From Dimorphilus gyrociliatus (Eukaryota; Animalia; Annelida): a DNA stretch of 64,000 bases. The notes beneath the pieces are model-generated. The model searched no databases. It saw only the letters and a program-made list of their open reading frames with translations, and had not been told where the DNA came from. This document shows, piece after piece, positions 41,164-52,300 of the stretch (position 1 is its first letter; each line of letters opens with the position of its first letter). Made by a program: the position numbers and the translations under genes. The stretch is taken from assembly GCA_904063045.1 (NCBI GenBank), contig CAJFCJ010000002.1:3281891-3345890 (forward strand). Direction: 5' to 3'.

Positions 41164-42450
41164 ATGGCTGGCAAAATTCCCGAATTTCTATATATTATAT
41201 ATGCAAAAATTGTAATTTTTATGAATTATGTATGTGAAATATTGTATAAAACATTTGGAATAGTATGTTTTAGAACATCGTATGAACATGTTGAAAGTTT
41301 ACTATCCGAAGAATCGAGGAAAATGCTTGACGAGAATGATTATATCAAGAAAAACCTAAAACTACTATTATCAAACACTGAAAAAGCGTACAGTACTCTT
41401 GGACGACTTAGTCTAACGAAAGATATAGTGAAAAACGTTAATAGACTTTCAGAATATCGATCAATTATTCAAACGGAATCTGAAATATTTTCGCAAATAT
41501 CCATTGTTAAACCAGTTTTTATTTTAACTCTACCAAGGACAGGAAGTACGTTTCTACACTGCTTATTATCTGAAGATAAAAGATGGAAAGTTCCTGGAAA
41601 GTGGGAGTTAGGTAAACCCTATCCCTATCCATTAGATCCACCTTCGAAGGAAAATGAAGAGACTTTGGCTAGTTTCAAAGAGAGTAACTTTTTGCTAAGT
41701 CAATTTTATGGTCCGCAAAATATTGGCATCGCTCATAAACTTCAACCTACTGATAGCGAAGATATTTTAACCTATATGAGAGGAGATGGAATATTTTCTT
41801 CTCAATCTTTTGCATTAGATATACCTGAGTATAATGCTTGCGTTGAAAATTTATCCTATAATACTTGGCTTAAGATTTTCGAGAATTTCAAAGATAGATT
41901 AAAAATGATAAGTCGATTCCAAAACTTGGAAAATAGAAGATTTTTATTAATGTTTCATATGAGTCCTTTCTGTAATATATCTGCTCTATTGGAGACTTTT
42001 CCCGACGCTCAATTCATTATTTTGCACAGAGATCCGATTAAAATAATTCCATCTATTACATCACTTTTTCAGTATACCTCCAGAATACATTTGAAACCGT
42101 TTACCGATAATACTCAATATATTTGTGACAAACTTACAGATGTGTACCTTAAGGAAATAGATAAAATGTTCATTTGGAGAGAAGATAAGAGGCTTAAAAA
42201 AAATAAAATAATAGATTTACAGTTCAGTGAATTAGTAAAAAATCCAAAAAATGTTGTAAAGCAACTTTATCGATTTTTGCAAATTGAGTATAATCAGGAA
42301 TGTGATGAAGCTTTCGAAAATTATATAAAATTCCAGAACAACCATAAATACGGAGTTCATAAATATATGAAAATGAATCTAGATAAAGTCAAGATAAGAA
42401 GAAGAAGCAAGGAATATATGAGATTGTACAATATCGAACCGAATGTATAA
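41164..42450 (+). CDS. PAPS-dependent sulfotransferase (bacterial-like Sulfotransfer_3 / mycobacterial Stf3 type), single exon, 428 aa
   Basis: Uninterrupted ORF (first ATG 41164). 5'-phosphosulfate loop KPVFILTLPRTGSTFLHCLLSED, PKWE-type motif (VPGKWE), 3'-phosphate motif FPDAQFIILHRDPIKIIPSITSL, and C-terminal DLQFSELVKNP...K..HKY, all typical of this sulfotransferase family. Confidence 0.9.
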   Translation: MAGKIPEFLYIIYAKIVIFMNYVCEILYKTFGIVCFRTSYEHVESLLSEESRKMLDENDYIKKNLKLLLSNTEKAYSTLGRLSLTKDIVKNVNRLSEYRSIIQTESEIFSQISIVKPVFILTLPRTGSTFLHCLLSEDKRWKVPGKWELGKPYPYPLDPPSKENEETLASFKESNFLLSQFYGPQNIGIAHKLQPTDSEDILTYMRGDGIFSSQSFALDIPEYNACVENLSYNTWLKIFENFKDRLKMISRFQNLENRRFLLMFHMSPFCNISALLETFPDAQFIILHRDPIKIIPSITSLFQYTSRIHLKPFTDNTQYICDKLTDVYLKEIDKMFIWREDKRLKKNKIIDLQFSELVKNPKNVVKQLYRFLQIEYNQECDEAFENYIKFQNNHKYGVHKYMKMNLDKVKIRRRSKEYMRLYNIEPNV

Positions 42451-42726
42451 TAAATAAATCTATAGTTATATAGACATAAATGTTGATAGATGTAGTCTCT
42501 GCACAATTGATCACTGGCAATTAACTAAAATTATCTAGTAACTAACTTTAAAAGACATTAGAAGTGAAGTTTGAACATTGATATATTAACATGGTATATT
42601 TTTCAATAATAAATTTCTTACTTGACACTTTTTTATGAAAAAAAAAGGATTATTGTTTAAAAGATATTATTCACATATAATATTTCTTCATATCTATAGC
42701 ACCGGAGCAGACGCCTTTTATATAAG

Positions 42727-42727
<1 letters not shown>

Positions 42728-42759
<32 letters not shown>
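42728..42759. repeat. (TA)n microsatellite
   Basis: Direct reading. Confidence 0.9.
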
Positions 42760-42760
<1 letters not shown>

Positions 42761-43390
42761 TTATATATAAAGAGAGAAGAGATAGTTAATGCTAACAAAA
42801 AAACGTAATTTCTCCAATAAGACAATATATATATATGAATACAGAGCATGCATGAGATAAAATTGACCGGTGTATTGACAAATCTTACGTATATAAGGAG
42901 CTTTTTGTTCTTTCTTTCTTATAGTCATTTGATCTTCTTTAAAAAGTACCGAAATAAAGAAAAAGAGGAAAATATTTTTAAGACGTTCACTACAATCCAA
43001 CATTAAAATGATATGAAAATAAAACATTTAATAAAAAAAAAGAGAGGAAATCTGTATAAAGAAAAGTCATTAGTAATAATTTTTCATATGTAAAACGTTA
43101 CATATTTTCAATGTATACAATATACAACAACTCTACTATCATGAATGAACAATGATTTGTCTTCTTTAAAAATTTTATACACATACATATCATTATGAAC
43201 ATATTTTCAATAATTAATAAAAAATACCTACATAAAATGTTACTTTTTTTAAAAATTATTTACTTTGTTTTTCAACCTTTTTTTCTTTTTTACAAAAAAA
43301 AAGTTAATGGCTTCTTCTTACAACGAAAAAATGATAAATTAAATCTTTCGCAGTCTGGTTTTTTTTGTTTGTTTGTTTGTTTTTTTTTGA

Positions 43391-46300
43391 TCAACATTCA
43401 AATTCTTTTTGAGTGATTGCGTTTAAATCTTTCATCAATCCTTCTAAATTTGCCATTTCGGCTGATAATTCTTCTGTTGATACGGATCTTGTAGTTCGTA
43501 ATGTTACATCAGGTGGCGCTCTTGGTGAGTTTACTGGAAGTGGGGAACGACATTTCGACGGAGTCGCTTGTCCACTAGATGGCGGTTGAGAGAGGGCTGA
43601 AAGAGATTTAAACGTAAATTAATATGTAGAAAAGATTGTTTACAGCAAGGAAAGGCAATAATTCTAATTATCTAGGACGTACACATAAACAAGTAGTAAG
43701 GATTTAAGGATAATGTATTTTCCATTCATCATCTTCAGAAATACCTAGAAAAGGCAGTTCTCAAGAGTAAAGGGCAAAGGTTAGCGAAAATTAAAACCAA
43801 AAGGCCTAAATTCTCAAACCCTTACTAGCTAGCAGTCACTCTTCCCAAGGAATATCTTACTAGTTAGCATGCAAAAAAATAGTGCAAGGAAATCAAAGAA
43901 TATCGTGCTTTTAAAAGAGAGCATGCGTGAAAATGAAGGACACCTTAAATGAAAATGATGAAAATAGCCTGGAGAAGATAGTAAACTAAACATAAAACCA
44001 ATAAGCTGTGCTTACTGAGGGTCGTAAAGGGTAATTTTTTTTAACTAGTCGGGGGTAAAGAGAAAATAGAAATGTTCTCTGCGGGAATCATTTCAAAATT
44101 TCTCTTTCTTTTATTATTTTACGGTAAGAAGCAGCATGCCAAAAAACGAAATTGAAAAACAGGTCTACTAAGTTTAGGGTACCCAAAAGTAAAAAATGTA
44201 CCGATTTGTTTGTGCAAGGTACCAGCCGGCGAACCGTTTTGTAGCGGCGCCGCGAATGACCTTAATGGATGAGATCGATGAGAAGAAGATACAATTTGAT
44301 CGTATGGAATAGGACCGGAAGTGCTTGATGCTGGACTTAATGCGGCGCCACCCACTATAAAATATACTTTAGTATATAAATAATCATATAAAAAATAAAG
44401 GCTGAATAAAAAATAATATGATGAGAACATGAATAAGTAATACAACTAATAATGATTATAAACGAAGAACAGATATCGTTATTAATCAGTATAAATAGTG
44501 TAAATGTGATAGAGTATTTGAAGTTGTTTTCTTTTTTGTTATCTGACAAACGGTTATCTCTTTTATCGGCAGGGAGCGCTTAACATTTGTATTTCATAAA
44601 AGAAAGAAAAACTGTTTATATAGTACCCTGCCAATGATAAAACGCCGCTGGAAAGATAGATGCTCTTTCCTAGAAAAAAAAAGCAATAGGCAAAATAGAT
44701 TAGAACTTACGGTTAGGCGATGATAATTCTGGAGGGGCTGTAACCCTTGGAGTGCTTGAATAGAGCGCCGAATTTCTTGTATCTGTGACAATTTGCTTTC
44801 TCAAAGGACGCTTTGAATATCTTTCATCATCGGAAGGCGTTTGAGGTCGCTTGTCAACATTTTTTAACTCCATTTGATCATGAATCCATAAATCTGGTGG
44901 CTTAAGGCTTGGTAAAGAGTCATTCGATTTCGTACTAGCTGCTTTGTAATGACCCCTACTTTCATCCTGCGCCTTTCTCCTTCGACAAACATATATTGAT
45001 ATGATTATTACAACTATAGCCGTGAAACCAACAACTGAACCAATTATGGAATATAGTACAGCAGGTTTTATATGGGGTTGCGGTTCTTCTTTCGGCTGAG
45101 CAATTTTTTTGGGCGCATATCGAAATTTAACTATCTCCGTGGGAGATAGGTCAACAGAATTTCTAGCCCTTACTTCAAAAACATAAGATTGCCCTGGTTC
45201 GAGATTTTTTATATCAATAGACATGGAGCTAAGTTTAGGTGTTTGATAAATCCACCGACGATTTGATATATCTTTCGAATATCCAACACGGTAACTAATT
45301 ATTTTACCGTTTGCTCTTTTTGGAGGCTGCCAAGTCAGTCTAATTACTTTGCCAAAAACACCAACTGTAACATTTTGTGGTGGTGTTGAAGGGGCAGCCT
45401 CTCCAGTACGATTTTCGACTACCATACTCCAACCTGATTTTCGTCCTTTAGGATCTGTTACCATAACATCCATTGTGTACAGAGAATATGGTCGTAGACG
45501 TCTAATTGTCAGTGACTTTTTTTGTGTCTTATACAGATGTGTTTTTCGGTTTGAGGAAATACATCTAACTGTAAATTCCATACCCTTTTCGAATTTGTCA
45601 TAGGTCCATTTAAGAGATATAGAGTGGGCACCTAGTACGACAGATTGAACTTGTAATGGAGTTTCTATTTCCTCAGATTTACTATCAACAGTATAATCTG
45701 GAACATGACAATCCGCTACAGCGAAAGCACTTTTTCCAAAATTATTCTTAGCTACAATTTGGAACAGATATAGTGTTTTAGGCTCAGGTTTTTTGATAAC
45801 GTAGCGAGTTGTTCTTCCTGTTAACGACGAGTATTCTTGAGTTGGAACGAATTTCCCATATTCCAATAAATATGATCTAATTCGAATGTTACTGCCTTTC
45901 TTAACTCCCCAAGTTACGACAATGTCACCATCTACAAATTCTGCTTTGAAATTAATGGGCTTAGCAGGTATTTGCGATTCATCGAAATCCTTCTCTAAAG
46001 TTTTTATATTCTTAGTTGGCGAATAAGGACCGACGCCGTGATTATTTCTTGCGGCTACTTCTACAAAATATAGAGTATTCTTATCTAATTCTGTCAATTC
46101 CACTTGAGTGCGGGTAGCAGGCGTACTTAATAGGCGCCATTCTGCTGATGATTTCTTGTATTTAATGCTGTAGCCTGTTATAACACCGTTGATATGCTCT
46201 CGCCTTGGTTCTTTCCATTCTATTAATATTTGACTACTTCCTGTAGCCTCAACAATAACGTTACGAGGGGGACCTGTAGGCAAGTACCCGAGAGTTCTAA

Positions 46301-49300
46301 CGGAAATTGTTCCACTGAACTCGCCTTTTTCGCCATCATAATTTACCCCCCTGACTCGAATGTCATACAATTCGAAAGGAAATAGGTTTTTCAGTATTAC
46401 TTCGTTACCGTCCTCTTCTATCTTTCTTTGTTGCTGTCTTGGTGAACTATAGACTACTTCATAGTAGTCTAACAAGCTACTGCCGGTGGATTCTGGTACT
46501 TTCCAAGTGACTTTAATAGTTGTATTTGATTTAGCTTCGGCTATAACATCGAGTGGGGAAGTGGGTTTAATGCTTCGTTTGGTTCTAAAGATTAATTCAG
46601 CCGATTCACCTAGACTGCTCGAAGCGTCTCTTTTCTGAATACCAACTTTATAAGTTGCATCCGGCTTAAGATTGTCTAATGAAACCTGAATAAATAAAGA
46701 TAGACGATATTGATTTATTGCACAGAAAAGAGGCAAGAGAGATCTTTTGCCTTACCTGATTGGTAGTTACTTCTACTGCTCTGGGCCTGTTAGAACCTTG
46801 TGCTGTCAAAGTTACAAGATAGCTTTCTTCGTTATTAAAGATCTCCCTTAACCATTTCAATTTGACGCTTGTATCAGCGACTGTGATTATCTCTAATAGC
46901 TTTGGTTTCTTGTTAGATCTACCAGTCTCTGATCTTTTGTATACTGTAGTAGAAACAGAAAGGCGCATAGCTTTCTGTCGGCTGCCGACAAAATTTTCAG
47001 CAAAACATTGATAAATTCCTTCGTCTGATTTCATAACACCGATAATCTTTAGATCTCCTGTTTTCTCTATCTTAAAATAGTCGCTCTTTTGAATTAGTTC
47101 GCCATTTTTGTACCAAGAGACTTTTGGAGTAGGCATCCCGTCGACACGGCATGTTATAGTAGCTGTGCTCGCCTTTTGAACTTCAATATCCTGTGGAGAT
47201 TCTTTGAAAAATGGAGGTGAATTAACAAACAATTCTGCAGATTCATCTTTTGTATCTGTTGCTGTGGACGCTCTACATGTATACCATCCCCGATCAGCGT
47301 AGCTTACATTGTTGATGGTTAAACAATTAGTATCTTTGTTAGAACTGATAACAGCGCCATCTTTGAGCCATTGGATGGTAGGCGATTTTAAGGCATTCGC
47401 TGAGCAATGGAATACGACTGTTTCGCCAACTATCACAGTTTTATCTGATGGTATTGAATTAAAAATAGGTGATTCGTTGTTAATAGCAACTTCGATTGAT
47501 ACGGGTATACTGTTAGATTTTCTATTGTGAGAAGTACAGTAGTAGAGTCCTTCTTGAGGATTATCGGCATTTATTATCTCCAGGGAGCCATCGGCGAGAA
47601 GATTATAATGCAATGATTTCTTTATTAGTTTATCATCGAAAAACCATTTAATATCGATATCTTTCCTTTGTGAGCCCGATACACATTGCAAAACAACTGA
47701 TCCACCACTAGGCAAGGTGGAACTTAGTCGTTTCACATAAACCTTCTTTATCTCTTCTACTTTTAAGGAAGCTTTCCTACTGACGATAATACCTGATTTA
47801 TCTTCTGCAACGCACTGATAACGATAGTTCGAATGCTTAACGTTTCGAATTTTTAAGATTCCGTTTGGTTTAATTATTCGATTCTGATCACTAATGATAG
47901 GCTGGTTATTAACCCGCCAACTTATTTTTCCCAAAGTTGATGAACATTTGAAGTGGACATTACTACCACGGGTTGAAATAATATCTTCAGGTTCTTTTGT
48001 AAACGTCAGATGGCGTTGCGTATCTACAAAAGAAAGAAAGAGGCTATTAGAAAAAGGTACATGCATAATGTATGTATAAAGGATAGATGAGTCATATAAT
48101 CCAATCTTGTGCGAATCGTTTCAAGACAGCGAAAACAAACACTTTAAAGTCTAAACAAACTGGAATCGTATACGACTACAAACCAAAAAGATGTTTTTTC
48201 GGCTGTTTGTTATGGAATTACCAGTTTATATAACCTCTCTATGAGAATTTACATCCGCTATTGTATCGTGAAAGAGACATGTTAAGGATAATGCAAAAAA
48301 AAGGACATTTATAATAGGAATATTTGCTAGTAGGCCTACTTGTAAATACCCCCAAGACATAAATGACAAATGAGTAAATTATTTCTCTGTATACAAGATA
48401 GTTAAAAGTATACAATAATCTTTTATATATATATATATATATTACAATCTTTGCCCAAGTTTAGTATATATAGCTTTTCTTTTGAGATTGGATTATGGTT
48501 TATATGATATCCTTTAATAAATGATTTCGATATACTAATTGAAACTGTACTTCAAGTCAAAACTAAAGTCCAGACTTACAAAGTTCACGTCAAGAGTAAA
48601 ATACTATGCCGGTTATGTTCGGAATTAGTTTTTTTTGTATAGCTCATACCAACTAACTCTCTCTAGACACTGGCGTAAAAGATATACATACGCTCAGACA
48701 CATACACACACAAGCACACGCAACTACTCTTACTTCCTAGTCTTCCTTCTCTCAATCTAGCTCTTCTCTTTTAACCACTTTTTCACATCTTTTAACCTCC
48801 TTTCTCAATTTGCTATCACTTTTACTTCTATCTTACACTGTTTTATTTATCATATTGAGTTTAACTAATGTAATTTTATAGTGATACAGAGTAAGACTAC
48901 GATGAAACGTAATAAATTGTATTATTACTTAATTAGTAATACGAATATAATGGAATAAAATATTCAAGCTAACGGTTCGCTTGTAACATTAAATAATAAA
49001 CTATTCGATCTTATTTCTAGTTTCCATTAGTCGCCATCTTTTAGAAATATTACTGTCTTACAAAAATTAATGGATATAGATACGAACAATGTTTCATGAC
49101 TCGACAAATAGGAAAGGATTTGCAAGAAGAGGAAAAGGAAAATCTAAATGTATTATTATGTAATATAGTAGGATAATATCAGCACGCAACGCTCGAATAT
49201 TATTAATGATTTCTATCACAAAGATTGTACAAGGAAAAGAAAGTGACTTAGGTTCTCTTTATTATGTTTAAGGATGATATTCGTAAGAGAAAATCTTGTG

Positions 49301-52300
49301 GTTTATCATATGAATAGAAAGTCGTCTCAAAGAAAGGTAAAGAGTTTCTTAAGTAAGGGAGGGGAAAAGTAAAGATTATTATATTATCTAAGATATCTGC
49401 TTCTTTGACATTCTGGATTAGTGTCATTTTATGAAACAGATATTCTTTTTACTGTTGAAAAAGTATATCCTGCGGGTATTTTAGCACTAAAACAAGAAAA
49501 TCCAATATGTTATGTGTGAAAAAGTCGTTAGCATTTTATATTGCTGAGTGCTTTTTATCGTTATTTTACCTATTTTTTTCATTCTTTACACAGTTTCCGA
49601 TTTATTCATGTAAAAACTATGTTTCCATTATGCCCTATTCATTCCTTTGTAAAACTATTCCCATCAATCTCGCGAAGGGCCATCAAACTTCTCTTCCGTT
49701 TCTAATATTTTTCTTTCGCATCGTGTAACGATGGAGAAAGGACAGAATATTTAGTAAGAACAATTTATAAAGCTATTCATCAAATGCACGTTTTCCATTA
49801 AAGGAGGTCGTAGCTCTATAATCGACTAAAATTCAAAGCTCCATCAAGTACATTTATCTCTTTCCAGTTAGTTTGCTATATTAATCTTGTTGTCCGTTCC
49901 GTACTAACCCCTCCTTTCTTACTAACACGATCAACTTTGAAGTCAAATGATTAACAATTTCTCTTAACTTTTACAAACAACTCCTTACAAGTATATTTTT
50001 ATATTAGGCCTATATTATAAATTAGCTGCAGAGGCTATTTATAACGGACTGGATTTATTAGCTGAAGACTATCTTACAACGTTAATTGAGATGTCATCAC
50101 GTATGTACTGCGTAGATCGAATGACTTGCGCATGCGCAGCGTTAAGAAAAGGGTACCATCTAAGCATTTTGAATAAGAAAACACTCCGGTCTAAGACGCA
50201 AGATTAAGGTTCTGCGTCTTGTAGGACCAACCGAAAACTCGATTTATCTACTAAAGATAAAAGCAGATATATCAGGGCCTAGGAAGCCCCCCTAGAAGAC
50301 TACTAGAATCTATACAAGTGCCTATCTAATCTTTTAGCTAGAAAATAGAAAGCAGATGCGTTCGAAAACTTCCCTTCGAACCGTGATTAAACGATCGGCA
50401 AGAGGGAAAAATAAGAGAACAGATGCGTAGCTCGATTCGTTTCGGTCGCCCGACGCCTTAACGAACTTTCGGAAAGCAATTAAGGCGAACTGGGACGCCG
50501 CTAGCCGGTAAGAGACGCTATGGAAGCGGCGTTTCGTGACGCTTAATGCGCTCTTGCTCGAAAACGTCGCTAAGAATTCGTTGCACGTGCCGTGATTAGG
50601 GATGAAGTTTTCGAGCGTCACTATGCCACCGGCCGTAATTTTGCGCTGTAGTCAGTTTACTTGACGGCCAACTTTTCGTTATACAAATCCATGCCGTATT
50701 ATTAATCATAGAATTTTGTTTAACTGAAATTCTAGTAGCATTACTCATTGTGCAAATAATAATCAGAATAATATAAAATCTTCTTTGAGTAAGAAGAAAA
50801 ATATGGGTTAGAAGGATCTAAAAAAAATTATAAACCTAAAAAAAACAGCAAAAAAGGAATCCATAAAATCAAACAGCAGTGTTTTTCTCCAAAGATAGAC
50901 GCACGCATGAAACAACTGCAAATCGTTTTAACACAAGTTTTTCCAGTGATATCGATTCCATAAAAATGTTTAATTGAAGTTTACAACAGAAGTAAATAAA
51001 ACTGCTATTATATAACGGAAGATGAGAAGGAGTTTTTAACAAACTTACAAATTTCACTCATAACGGTTAATGTACTAAAACAGTAATGCATATATTGCTA
51101 GATCAGTCGGTATTAGAGTTATATTAAGCATAAAGCCTTCCTTTTTTCGCACGTCTAATTCCTCATAAATTGTGTGCTCGCATTTATGTGGCTTAAGAGT
51201 AAAATATTATAACAGTTTTTCGCTTCCGGCTGAAGGATTTCAACAAAAAACTATATAAAATAAAGTTGGTAATCAATTTTTGTAATTCTTGGCATTTTAT
51301 CTCAATAGATTTGTTTGCTTTTAATTAAAAAAATGGCATATATATCACTATTAAAAAAAATGTTTCCCAATGTAACAAATTATACTCCCCATTCTCGTCA
51401 GTTCTTATCATCATCACCCAGTTTTAAGAGCGTCACTTTAAAAAGAAAAAAACCTCTTTCCGTAATCTAATCCCAGTAGCGAATTATTCTAATACTACAG
51501 TAACTTTGGTCATCAAAAATTCATTGACAAAACTAAATTATTTTTATCGTCCCCCATACTCAAAAATCATGCTTTTTATCATTATTTTACAGGGGAAAAT
51601 CTATAAATAAATAATGTTTTTATATTATTGTTTATATATTCAATTCCTACGAAGTTATTCGGATATTTTGTTATTAGCTTACAAAGTTCTATTATTCTCC
51701 TTATTGTTTGTAATAAAATATAAATATTACTCCATCTTGAATTACTATAAATAGGAGATTGAAAGATATTTTTTTACATAGTTATTGCATTCCTAAATAT
51801 TTTGTTATAGGAGAGGAATAGCAAATAATTTTTACCAACAAAACAAACGTTTAAGTAAACTGTGATTTATTTCGATTCTGTTTTTCTTTTTGTTTACTCA
51901 AACTCCCATCAACAAAATGCAACAATTTGTAAATAAAATAGAAAAAAAATTGGTAACAAACGGTAAATTACTCACGCATTTTCTATTTAGTTCATTATTA
52001 TCTTTATCGAATAGTATTGACTGATTAGGAACTTTTGAATAGAGTTTCAAGCATCCTACTACTCTTTCTTTTTTTTTTATTCAATGATACGTAAGAGTTT
52101 TTTTTTGCTCTCGCTTCTTTGTTTGACTAACGAATTATTAGGAGAGTTTCATGCTATAAATAATTTGCATCAATTTGCCAGACTAAGGGGTATAATAGAA
52201 TGGAATAAAGAGAAGAATTTCTAAATTCGTCCTTCGTCTATCTGCACGATAATTTCGTCAATTAATCACTCCCTCCTACATGAAATAAGGTTTTTAGTGT

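Noticed and set aside
26084-47530. Antisense ORFs overlapping myosin, CARD-gene and DCC exons (for example 26084-26485, 32704-32967, 39093-39500, 45349-45603, 47309-47530)
   Set aside because: Shadow frames opposite real coding exons.
48024-48066. MHVPFSNSLFLSFV as the DCC N-terminus, as in the ORF track
   Set aside because: This is the intron polypyrimidine tract read in frame; a proper signal-peptide exon in matching phase exists at 62144-62216.
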